The notes below the pieces were generated by a model. The model was not told the origin of the DNA and ran no database searches. It saw only the letters and a program-made list of their open reading frames with translations. 64,000 bases of DNA. Origin: an uncultured Bacillota bacterium (GTDB lineage: Bacteria > Bacillota_I > Bacilli_A > RF39 > UBA660). Position 1 is the first letter of the stretch, and every line of letters begins with the position of its first letter. Where the stretch lies: the NCBI GenBank assembly GCA_905205665.1, contig CAJLEF010000002.1, positions 85,050 to 149,049 on the forward strand, given 5' to 3'. This document shows positions 8,320 to 16,646 of the stretch, in pieces. A program made the translations under genes and the position numbers.

Positions 8320-9669
8320 TTAACTAACAACATAAGGATCAGTCATAGTGCCACTTCCTGTAATAGTGACATCAGAACGAATATTGATTACTGGACGAAG
8401 ACCATACGTGCCGTAAGTATAATTATCATCGATAAGACCAGAACCACCCACAGAAAACAAAAGTGCAAGCCAGTCTGTAAAACCAAATGGATTATATCCC
8501 CCAGCTGGGGTTATAGTACAGAATCCACTTCCAGTTACTAAATAACTGCTGTTATTTGATTTCATTCTAGTATAATAGCCATCAAATACTCCTCCAGCAT
8601 GACCTGCAAGTACAACTTCATCGACTGTGATTAAACCTGTGGGGTAACTTAATTTTTTGTTACCACTTGACGCACTTGCTACGGTGTAATAATCATTGGC
8701 GTTTTCACAAGTAAGTGTTGGAGTACTTTCTGCTACTCTTAAATACCCCTTATTATAAGTAATCACGATTCCCGTTCCGACTCCACTTTGCCGATTTAAA
8801 TTAGAACGGTCGCCACAGAAACCAGCATTCGTATCTAATTTTGAAGCATAACTAGAAAGTTTATCGGTATAAAACTTATCTACATTTGTTTTAATAATTG
8901 AAGATGTTCCCGTTCCATTAGCTTCACCTGATGTGTACATATAACCTACATACATATTGTTGTTATAATTCGGATTAAATTGACTTGTGCCATATTGTCT
9001 ATCTTCTGATGCTTCACCATTACTATGAGCACTTGTTCCATCATATATCATTCTAATAGAACCGTTGCTATTGATACGAATAATTCGCCAATAAAAGCCC
9101 GCAAATTTCACATAATTATTTTCTACCGAACCTCGGTAGTAATAAGTAGGATTGCCATCTGTATCTGTTGTTTCATAAATCCCCTTTTCGTGTGATTCAC
9201 ATGTTTCATCATCACAAGCTGATTTGGTGAAATCTGGAGTATAATTATTTACTTCTATATTTCCTAAGACAGTTGAAACTGTTTTGGAAGTTTTATTAAA
9301 ATACAAAGTACATTTGGTTCTTGTGTTTGTTGTGGCACTATAACTTGTATAATCTGTTACTCCTTGCCACGTACTATGATTCCAATTTATTTTTACTCCA
9401 TTCGTACAATTAGATTTAGTTTCATCCAAAGTATAACCTGTATTTTGCTTAGGCATTTCTCTTGATATTTCTCCATCAATATAATACGCAAAATAAATAT
9501 CTCCTGGGTCTTCTACCGTTCCATTTATGACATCAAAATTTTTATTTTCCTCATAAAAAGCATAACTTCTACCAAATAAAAAATATCCCAGTAAAAGGCC
9601 AATGCCTATTAAAAATAGGTTTATACTTGTTTTCTTTATATTCTTAACTTTAAATTTTTCTAATTTCAT
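8320..9669 (-). CDS. exported paralog-family protein P3
   Basis: 449 aa counted from MKLEKFKV (ATG 9667-9669 behind GGTGAG). This start is homologous to the P2 start. The track ORF extends to 9771 only because no stop codon intervenes. Confidence 0.8.
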   Translation of the reverse strand: MKLEKFKVKNIKKTSINLFLIGIGLLLGYFLFGRSYAFYEENKNFDVINGTVEDPGDIYFAYYIDGEISREMPKQNTGYTLDETKSNCTNGVKINWNHSTWQGVTDYTSYSATTNTRTKCTLYFNKTSKTVSTVLGNIEVNNYTPDFTKSACDDETCESHEKGIYETTDTDGNPTYYYRGSVENNYVKFAGFYWRIIRINSNGSIRMIYDGTSAHSNGEASEDRQYGTSQFNPNYNNNMYVGYMYTSGEANGTGTSSIIKTNVDKFYTDKLSSYASKLDTNAGFCGDRSNLNRQSGVGTGIVITYNKGYLRVAESTPTLTCENANDYYTVASASSGNKKLSYPTGLITVDEVVLAGHAGGVFDGYYTRMKSNNSSYLVTGSGFCTITPAGGYNPFGFTDWLALLFSVGGSGLIDDNYTYGTYGLRPVINIRSDVTITGSGTMTDPYVVS

Positions 9670-9732
9670 TTTCTCACCACTATTACTATGCCCATATTTT
9701 TCTATTCTAACACGACTTATTATGTCATATTT

Positions 9733-9761
9733 ATGATAACATAGTTTATTTTTCAAGACAA
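9733..9761 (-). promoter_or_regulatory. predicted sigma-A-type promoter of P3-P2
   Basis: Minus strand: TTGTCT, a 17-nt spacer, then TGtTATCAT (extended -10), about 65 nt upstream of the P3 start. Confidence 0.4.
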
Positions 9762-9802
9762 TAGTTAGCATGACATTTCATACCGTGTTTTTTCATACAA
9801 TA

Positions 9803-9823
9803 CTATGACAAAATATGTCATAG
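9803..9823. promoter_or_regulatory. 21-bp palindrome CTATGACA-AAATA-TGTCATAG (candidate operator in the P3 / XRE divergent region)
   Basis: Perfect 8-bp arms seen directly. It lies between a TACAAT -10-like box (9796-9801) and the RBS of the XRE gene. Additional ATGACAT half-sites occur at 9721-9729 and 9770-9776. Confidence 0.45.
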
Positions 9824-9832
9824 GTGAGAGTT

Positions 9833-10042
9833 ATGATTAAAGAATATCGAAAAAAAAGAGGCTATACCCAAGAAAGGCTAGCCGAAGAATTATTTATTTC
9901 TACAAGACAATTACAACGAATTGAAAAAAATGAAACCAGTACGACACTGGAAACATTAAAAAGAATTAAAAAAATATTAAAAATACCATCTGAAGAAATG
10001 GTCCAAATTTTTGAAGATAAAGATGAAGTTAAAAACCCTTAA
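9833..10042 (+). CDS. small XRE-family HTH transcriptional regulator
   Basis: 69 aa from MIKEYRKKRGYTQERLAEELFISTRQLQRIEKNE (classic Cro/CI HTH). It is divergent from P3. The track starts at an upstream GTG (9824). Confidence 0.75.
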   Translation: MIKEYRKKRGYTQERLAEELFISTRQLQRIEKNETSTTLETLKRIKKILKIPSEEMVQIFEDKDEVKNP

Positions 10043-10760
10043 TCTCTTGTAAAAATTGTTTACTTTTTAAGTAAAGACCTGTATAAGAACTATAATAAGC
10101 CGTTAGAAAATTATCTAACTCTTTTTTTATATCATCTTTAATATCTATTTTAGTAATTTTTGATATATCAATATTCATAAATAATTTTAAATAATACAAA
10201 GTTTTTTTAGAATATAAAATCTCATTAGTATAACAATTTTGACAAATCATCCCTCCATTATCTAAAGATAACGTGATTAAATTAGAGGTAGATTTACATT
10301 TGACACAAGAATCTAAGTTTAAGGAAACTCCTAAAAGAGGTAAATACTTCACCTCTAAAATATTAGTTAAGATAGCAGCATCTAAGCCTTGATTCATCTT
10401 ATTTAAAGTTACTAATAAATAATCTAATAATTTTGTTTCGTTACTTTCTTTATATACTTGGGTTGTTAAATCTGTCACATAATTTAAATAACCAATAAGT
10501 GTAATATCTTCGTGTAAGCGAGGATAATTATCAATAACATCAACTTCTTTTAAAATAGAAAGATTATCTTCTTTATAATAGATGTAAAAATAACCATAAG
10601 TAAATTTAGAAGTGCCACTTCTTAACTTACTTTTCATTTGTTTAGCCCCTTTGGCAATAAGACCAATAAGACCATATTCATGGGTTAAAAGGTAAACTAA
10701 AAGTGATGAGTCTTTATAATCAATTGTTCTTACAACGAAACCCATCACTTTTGTTATCAT
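10029..10760 (-). CDS. recO: DNA repair protein RecO
   Basis: 243 aa. RecO-like N-terminal OB region (GFVVRTIDYKDSSLLVYLLT) and a Cys-x2-Cys...Cys-x2-Cys zinc motif (CVKC...CQNC). It sits downstream of era, as in Firmicutes. Confidence 0.85.
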   Translation of the reverse strand: MITKVMGFVVRTIDYKDSSLLVYLLTHEYGLIGLIAKGAKQMKSKLRSGTSKFTYGYFYIYYKEDNLSILKEVDVIDNYPRLHEDITLIGYLNYVTDLTTQVYKESNETKLLDYLLVTLNKMNQGLDAAILTNILEVKYLPLLGVSLNLDSCVKCKSTSNLITLSLDNGGMICQNCYTNEILYSKKTLYYLKLFMNIDISKITKIDIKDDIKKELDNFLTAYYSSYTGLYLKSKQFLQEIKGF

Positions 10761-10846
10761 AATTCCACATCTTTTCCTTTATATTTTAAATAGTACTTAA
10801 TTTCTCCTGTTTCTTTAAATTTATTCCATGCTTCTTTTTTTGTCAT
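10757..10846 (-). CDS. YqzL-like small protein (29 aa, not in the ORF track)
   Basis: MTKKEAWNKFKETGEIKYYLKYKGKDVEL resembles the YqzL family (W-x-F-x-x-TG-x-I-x-x-YL-x-YK). It sits between era and recO exactly as yqzL does in Bacillus. Its TGA overlaps the recO ATG. Confidence 0.5.
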   Translation of the reverse strand: MTKKEAWNKFKETGEIKYYLKYKGKDVEL

Positions 10847-10901
10847 ATTCTCTTCTTCCCTTCTAATATTATCTTGGGAAGAAAGAAACTATTTTATACA
10901 A

Positions 10902-11801
10902 TTATTTTAAATTTAATTCATCAAAACCTAATTCTTTTAAGAAAGCTTGTTTTTCTTTCCAATTACGAATAGTTTTAACATATAATTCTAAGTAAACTTT
11001 TTTACCTAAAAGATTTTCTAACTCTTTACGTGTTTCGCTTCCAACTAATTTAAGTCTTTCGCCACCTTTACCAATAACAATCTTTTTAATAGATTCTCTA
11101 TCAACAATGATATCAACATTAATATTTACAATATCTTTTTTCTCTTCAAAAGCTGTTGTAACACAGGTAAGAGCATGAGGAACTTCTTCAATAGTTGCAT
11201 TAAGAAGTTTTTCTCTTACAAGTTCACTTGCCATAAATGACATAGGACTACTTGTAACCATATCTTCGTCAAAGTAACGAACATTACCAGATAAATACTT
11301 TTTGATTACTTCTAATAAACGTTCCATATTATCTTTTTTTAAAGCACTAACTGGAACAATTTCACAAAAAGGATATAAATCTTTATAAGCAATAATAGAT
11401 TCCATAATTTGTTCCCTTTTTAATTGATCAATTTTATTTAAAACTAAAATAACAGGAATATTATTATTTTTTAAATTTTCTAAAATATATTTATCACCTT
11501 TGCCAAGACCAGAAGCAGCATCGACAACAAGTAAAATAGCATCTACATCCTGCATCATGGCATAAGATTCTTTATTTAAAATTTTACCTAATTTATTCTT
11601 AGGTTTAGCGATACCTGGCGTATCTAAAAAAATGATTTGACTATGTTCATCATTATATATTCCTTGAATAATATTACGTGTCGTTCCCGCTTTATCAGAA
11701 ATAATAGCCACTTTAAAATCTAAAATAGCATTTAAAAGAGTACTTTTACCAACATTTGGGCGACCAATAATACTTACAAAACCACTTTTCAAATTTTTCA
11801 C
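10902..11801 (-). CDS. era: GTPase Era
   Basis: 299 aa with G1 GRPNVGKST, G3 DTPG, G4 NKID and a C-terminal KH domain. Confidence 0.95.
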   Translation of the reverse strand: MKNLKSGFVSIIGRPNVGKSTLLNAILDFKVAIISDKAGTTRNIIQGIYNDEHSQIIFLDTPGIAKPKNKLGKILNKESYAMMQDVDAILLVVDAASGLGKGDKYILENLKNNNIPVILVLNKIDQLKREQIMESIIAYKDLYPFCEIVPVSALKKDNMERLLEVIKKYLSGNVRYFDEDMVTSSPMSFMASELVREKLLNATIEEVPHALTCVTTAFEEKKDIVNINVDIIVDRESIKKIVIGKGGERLKLVGSETRKELENLLGKKVYLELYVKTIRNWKEKQAFLKELGFDELNLK

Positions 11802-11803
11802 CC

Positions 11804-12244
11804 CTATCTTAATATATTTAAGCTTTCTAAGATCTCATCTTGTAAAGAAAACATAATTTCTTCATCTTTTTTGCTTTTCATATGATCATAACCTAATAAA
11901 TGTAAAAGACCATGAACAACTAAAAAAGAAAGTTCTCTTTTTTCAGAATGACCATATTCTTTAGCTTGTTCTTGCATCTTTGGAATAGAAATAAAAATAT
12001 CTCCTAAAATTCTAAATTCATCAAAATCATCAGGACTATCTTCCAAAGCAAAACTAATCACGTCTGTCGCGCGGTCTACTCTTCTTCTTTCCTTATTTAT
12101 TTGATGAATTTCTTCATTATCCACAAAAATAATAGAACAAATAGCATTATGAACATTTTCATGTTCAAAAACTTTTGTTATCACTTCATCTAAATATTCA
12201 TAATTTTGATAACCATAATTATCATTAATCTCATATTGATTCAA
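11804..12244 (-). CDS. ybeY: rRNA maturation endoribonuclease YbeY
   Basis: 146 aa with the HGLLHLLGYDH zinc motif. It lies upstream of era. Confidence 0.9.
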   Translation of the reverse strand: MNQYEINDNYGYQNYEYLDEVITKVFEHENVHNAICSIIFVDNEEIHQINKERRRVDRATDVISFALEDSPDDFDEFRILGDIFISIPKMQEQAKEYGHSEKRELSFLVVHGLLHLLGYDHMKSKKDEEIMFSLQDEILESLNILR

Positions 12245-12265
12245 AATAATTCCCCCTCGCGTTTC

Positions 12266-12883
12266 TTAAAGTAGATTAATACCAATATAATTTAAATACC
12301 ATAATAACACAATAACGAATAATAAAACACATAAAATGTTATAAAAAGTATCACTTCTTAAAAATCTTGGCAAATGCTTTTTAATAGCACTTAGCCCAAT
12401 ATAAAGTAAAAAGCCTATAATAGCCCCAACAACATTAAGTAAAATATCATCAACATCAAAACTACGTCCAATATAATGTTGAACAAGTTCGACAGTAGAA
12501 CTCGTAATTAAGCTTATAAATAAGATATGGCTTACTTTACTTGCTTTGACATAGCCTGAAACAAAATAGCCAAATGGAACAAAAAGTAAAATATTTCCTA
12601 TAACATTTAAATAAAAACCATGAGTCCCTACTTTATAACGTAAAATTTCAGTAAAAGGTACTAGATTTAGACCACTCGAAGTATTTAGTTCAGCATTCGT
12701 AAGCAAATCAAACAAAAGGAGTGCATAAACTACAAAAACTAAGTTTAAAAATTCTTTATAAAAGACAAATTTTTCATTATTAACATGCAAATATGTCACT
12801 CTTATAGATGTAATGACTACTAAGAAAATAGTAAGCATGGGCCAAATATTTTGAAAAGCACCCTCAATTAACTCTAGTTCCAT
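12266..12883 (-). CDS. VanZ-like family membrane protein
   Basis: Polytopic 205-aa protein. VELVQHYIGRSFDVDDILLNVVGAIIGF matches the VanZ-like signature. Confidence 0.65.
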   Translation of the reverse strand: MELELIEGAFQNIWPMLTIFLVVITSIRVTYLHVNNEKFVFYKEFLNLVFVVYALLLFDLLTNAELNTSSGLNLVPFTEILRYKVGTHGFYLNVIGNILLFVPFGYFVSGYVKASKVSHILFISLITSSTVELVQHYIGRSFDVDDILLNVVGAIIGFLLYIGLSAIKKHLPRFLRSDTFYNILCVLLFVIVLLWYLNYIGINLL

Positions 12884-12886
12884 AAT

Positions 12887-13999
12887 TTATTCCCCTTTGG
12901 TAAATTCTTGGGTTTGGGCGATATTTTCTAAAACAACCACAAAAACCTCTACCACCATTGTACTATCATTTACTTCTTTTTTCAAAACTTTTTTCGTCAA
13001 AATCTTCTCTTTATCTTTTAAAGTACTTTCTACTTTTGAAGTAGCTTTTAAAGTAGCTTCCTCTAAGGCTTCTTCTTCACTATAAATTTTTGCTTGTTTT
13101 TCTTCTTCGTTTTGTACAACAAAATATAACTTTTGACCAAATAAAGAAAACAAAAGATGTTTTTCTTCCGAAAAATTAGTTAATCTATTTTTAAAGATGG
13201 GCGTGTCATTTAATTTAAAATTCCATCTTTTTTTGCCTGTTTTTGTTGCTTCTTCATAGGTTAAAGGAATACTCACAGTTACTTTGTACCAAACTTCAGC
13301 ATAAATGCTTCCCTTAGCGCAAGTGTATCCCACTTCTTCTTCATTATTTTTAATAATACCACTTATTAAAATATCTCCTTTTTTAACCGCGTCATTTTGC
13401 TTTACTAAGGACATCCCCTTTTCATATACCATTTCTTTAATTATCCCATCTTTTAAAGCAACAAGATGACATAATTTTTCTTCATGATTAGGGTCATTTA
13501 ATTTTCTTTCTTCAACCCTAACAATATAATTCATACCTTTTATTTCTATTTCTAACCATTCTAATTTATCAGGAAAAGAATTTAAAATATCTTCTTTGAT
13601 TTCTTCTAACTCATTATAGTTTTTTTTCCAGGTATTTTTTTTAATTCCTCTTTCTGCGAGTTCTATTTCTAAAAAATCTCTGATTTCTTTACTTTCATGA
13701 ATAACATTCACTGAAACCATGACATGAGAAAGTAAAAATAACAAAATAAGTCCTATTAAAGAAGAAAAAAGAAAAATACGATTTTGATATATCTTTTCTT
13801 TTACTCTTGAAAGACCTATATTTTTTTCATCTAAAATTTTAACAAACCACATTTTTTTGATTTTTTCTTTATCTTGCCTATCTATTTTGACATAGCAAAC
13901 ATCTTTTTCTTCTTTAATTTCATAAAGTGTTATTTTCTCTTTAAATGTCCGTATTAAAAAGCGGTTTTTATCTCGTAATTTTAATTTAAGCCATATCAT
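12887..13999 (-). CDS. yqfD: sporulation protein YqfD-like
   Basis: 370 aa with a central TM segment. Its position directly after a YqfC/YabP-like gene and upstream of ybeY-era matches the Bacillus yqfC-yqfD context. Confidence 0.65.
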   Translation of the reverse strand: MIWLKLKLRDKNRFLIRTFKEKITLYEIKEEKDVCYVKIDRQDKEKIKKMWFVKILDEKNIGLSRVKEKIYQNRIFLFSSLIGLILLFLLSHVMVSVNVIHESKEIRDFLEIELAERGIKKNTWKKNYNELEEIKEDILNSFPDKLEWLEIEIKGMNYIVRVEERKLNDPNHEEKLCHLVALKDGIIKEMVYEKGMSLVKQNDAVKKGDILISGIIKNNEEEVGYTCAKGSIYAEVWYKVTVSIPLTYEEATKTGKKRWNFKLNDTPIFKNRLTNFSEEKHLLFSLFGQKLYFVVQNEEEKQAKIYSEEEALEEATLKATSKVESTLKDKEKILTKKVLKKEVNDSTMVVEVFVVVLENIAQTQEFTKGE

Positions 14000-14238
14000 T
14001 TTTGAAACCTCATTTCTGTTAATTCACCTTCAATTAAAATTTCATTTTTGGAAAGCTTTACAACACGAAATTGGGTACCACATAACTCTAATTTAAAATT
14101 GGGTAAAACTAGTAAAATTTTATCTTCTTTTAAAATTTCAATATCCAAAAAGCCATAAACATGAATAAAAGAAGCCCAACAATCAATAAAATAATCTTTA
14201 TCATATAAAAAATTTTTAATTGTTTTGTAAAGATGCAT
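13996..14238 (-). CDS. yqfC: YabP/YqfC-family sporulation protein
   Basis: 80 aa. It overlaps the yqfD start by 4 nt. Size and context are as in Bacillus yqfC. Confidence 0.6.
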   Translation of the reverse strand: MHLYKTIKNFLYDKDYFIDCWASFIHVYGFLDIEILKEDKILLVLPNFKLELCGTQFRVVKLSKNEILIEGELTEMRFQK

Positions 14239-14290
14239 TCTATCACCTATGACATTCTATGCCAAAAAAAAGAAGAATTTTCGCTTAAAA

Positions 14291-14890
14291 TTAGCTAGCT
14301 TTCTTCTTTTTTAAAATATATTCATCAATATTTAAAACTTCGATTTTATTTTCAGGCTCTTTAGTTTCTTGTTTTAAAGGTATTTTATTAAGTGTATCTT
14401 CTTGTAAAAATTTTTTAATGTAATTATCTCTTACCATAAATAAACGTATTTTTCTTTGTTCTTCGTAATCACAAGCATAAAAATTATTTAAAAATTTATC
14501 TTTATTTTCTTTCATACTCGTAATCGTTTGTTTAAATAAAAAAGAGGTATGTGTTTTTGTTAAATCATGTCTAAAACGACTATATAAAACATTTAATATT
14601 TTTTGAGCTTCTTTTAGTTCCAATAATTTGGTTAGAGAAAACGTTAAAATCTTTTCATCTTCAATAATAAAATTTTCGACTTCTTGCCATTTATTATTTT
14701 TATTTAGTTTAAAAATGGCCAGGCAATCCGGATTTGTTTCTGTAATCGTAGAATCATACTGTTTTATTTTTTCAAGAACACCAGCTCTTCCCATTGTTAA
14801 AAACAACTCATCAATTTTATCAATGTTTTCCATAAGAGCAATATAATCTTTTTGAAATGGTCTTTTAACCCCTAAAGCATATGTCGTCAT
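14291..14890 (-). CDS. hypothetical protein
   Basis: 199-aa ORF behind AGGAGG. No motif recognised. Confidence 0.5.
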   Translation of the reverse strand: MTTYALGVKRPFQKDYIALMENIDKIDELFLTMGRAGVLEKIKQYDSTITETNPDCLAIFKLNKNNKWQEVENFIIEDEKILTFSLTKLLELKEAQKILNVLYSRFRHDLTKTHTSFLFKQTITSMKENKDKFLNNFYACDYEEQRKIRLFMVRDNYIKKFLQEDTLNKIPLKQETKEPENKIEVLNIDEYILKKKKAS

Positions 14891-14994
14891 AAAATACCTC
14901 CTTTAAACAGCTAAGAGTGTATTATATCAAATTTCATAGTGATTGTCAAAAGACGTATTTTTTGCTACACTTAGAAAGAAAGGATTTGATATAA

Positions 14995-15366
14995 ATGGAT
15001 TGTTTATTTTGTAAAATAGCTCATCATGAGGTAGAAAGTAAAATATTATACGAGGACGATAATTATATGGCTTTTTTAGATATCGACCAAGAAGAAGCAG
15101 AAGGTCATACTTTAATTATTCCTAAAAAGCATTTTGAAGATTATATGGCATTAGATAGTAAGACTTTAAATGATATGTTTGAAATTGCTCAAAAATTAAA
15201 TAAAGATTTAATGACAAAATTAGATAAAAGTGCTTGTACTCTTCTTTTCAATTATGGAGACTCTCAAGTTATCAAACATGTTCATCTTCATTTACTTCCT
15301 AATTTTTTATATGAAAAAGGAACTAAAAATATTGATGAAGTTTATAAAAAATTAAAAGAAGCCTAA
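14995..15366 (+). CDS. HIT-family (histidine triad) nucleotide hydrolase
   Basis: 123 aa with the HVHLHLLP histidine triad and an N-terminal CxxC. Confidence 0.85.
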   Translation: MDCLFCKIAHHEVESKILYEDDNYMAFLDIDQEEAEGHTLIIPKKHFEDYMALDSKTLNDMFEIAQKLNKDLMTKLDKSACTLLFNYGDSQVIKHVHLHLLPNFLYEKGTKNIDEVYKKLKEA

Positions 15367-16646
15367 CAAGACTTCTTTTTTGGTGTCAATGTAAAGACAC
15401 TATAAGGATAAGAATTAATATTTTGAGTTAACTCTTTAACTTTTGAAACGGTTAAATTTTCTAATATTTCTTTTTCATTTGTTAAAATTTGCCCAAAAGT
15501 TGTAAGAGAGAAAACAAAATAATCATTTACATTTTCAACATCTTCGTAATTAGTCACTAAATTAGCTATCTCAGCTTTCACTTTTCGTAAAATATCTTTT
15601 TCATCATATTCTAGATGGTGAAGTTGCTTTATGACACTTTCTAAAGCTTTATCTGGGTCCTCAGACCGAAATACTATTTGAGCCACTAAATAATCACGTT
15701 CTAAATAAACTTGCGTATCTAAACTTAAGCCTAGTTTATCTTCAAAAAATTTCTCTTGATATAAAGAAGTCACTCCATAATTAGCTTCTAAAAGTAGACT
15801 ATAAGCATCTAATAAAAGAACTTTATCAAAATTATTTGCCTCACTTTTAATAGGCACTTTTATAGAAATAAGGGTTTTAGGTACCTCGACATTACAAGAA
15901 ACTTTCTTTTCTGGAGTAACGATATCTTGAGGTTCCTGATAAACTTCTTTTTCAGGTTTTATAAAGGATGGAAAGGTTTTCTTTTTTTGATTTTCTAAAA
16001 CGATTTTAAAGACTTCTTCAGGGTCAACATTTCCCGTCACAACTAAAAAGCTATTTAAAGGATGATAAAAAGTTTGATAAAAAACTTGTAAATCTTTTAA
16101 AGTGATTTTTTCAATGTCTTCTTTAGTACCTGTTCCACAGACATGATTATGATAAGTTTGAAATAAAGTTTCATTCACCCCATATAAAGAAAGGCGATTT
16201 ACATTATCACTTTGAATACGTGCTTCTTCGATAATTGGTCCTCTTTCTGTTTCAAAAGCATTTTCATTAAATTCTTTAGTTTGAATGCTATCTAATAATA
16301 AATTTAGATTTTCTTTTAAATGGTTAGAACCAACAAATTCATAAACGGTTCGGTCAGGATAAGTGGAAGCATTAGAATAAGCATGATTTTTTTGAAACTT
16401 ACTAAGTAAAGAAACATTTTCTTCATCTTTACACATAATATGTTCCAAGTAATGAGCAACTCCCATGGGAACATGAATTTCTTCATCACCCTTTTTAAAA
16501 TGAATATCTTCTGCTCCACATAAATAAGTTAAAGTTCCTTTAAAAGAATTAGCTTTTTCTTGTACCCATACATATACTCTTAAACCATTTTCGCAAATAC
16601 CCTCATAAACATACTCGTCTATTCCTTCAATTTTAATTGTTTTCAT
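15363..16646 (-). CDS. M16-family zinc peptidase (insulinase-like, catalytic subunit)
   Basis: 427 aa with the inverted zinc motif HYLEH (HxxEH). Confidence 0.8.
   Translation of the reverse strand: MKTIKIEGIDEYVYEGICENGLRVYVWVQEKANSFKGTLTYLCGAEDIHFKKGDEEIHVPMGVAHYLEHIMCKDEENVSLLSKFQKNHAYSNASTYPDRTVYEFVGSNHLKENLNLLLDSIQTKEFNENAFETERGPIIEEARIQSDNVNRLSLYGVNETLFQTYHNHVCGTGTKEDIEKITLKDLQVFYQTFYHPLNSFLVVTGNVDPEEVFKIVLENQKKKTFPSFIKPEKEVYQEPQDIVTPEKKVSCNVEVPKTLISIKVPIKSEANNFDKVLLLDAYSLLLEANYGVTSLYQEKFFEDKLGLSLDTQVYLERDYLVAQIVFRSEDPDKALESVIKQLHHLEYDEKDILRKVKAEIANLVTNYEDVENVNDYFVFSLTTFGQILTNEKEILENLTVSKVKELTQNINSYPYSVFTLTPKKKSC

Noticed and set aside
9670-9771. 34-codon N-terminal extension of P3 in the ORF track
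   Set aside because: The extension covers the predicted promoter and operator DNA. The homologous start MKLEKFK with a GGTGA RBS is conserved with P2.
16316-16519. 67-aa minus-strand ORF, and similar ORFs at 30882-31064, 31185-31418, 37170-37379 and 40717-40914
   Set aside because: These are out-of-frame internal ORFs nested within longer same-strand genes that have clear family motifs. There is no independent support for them.
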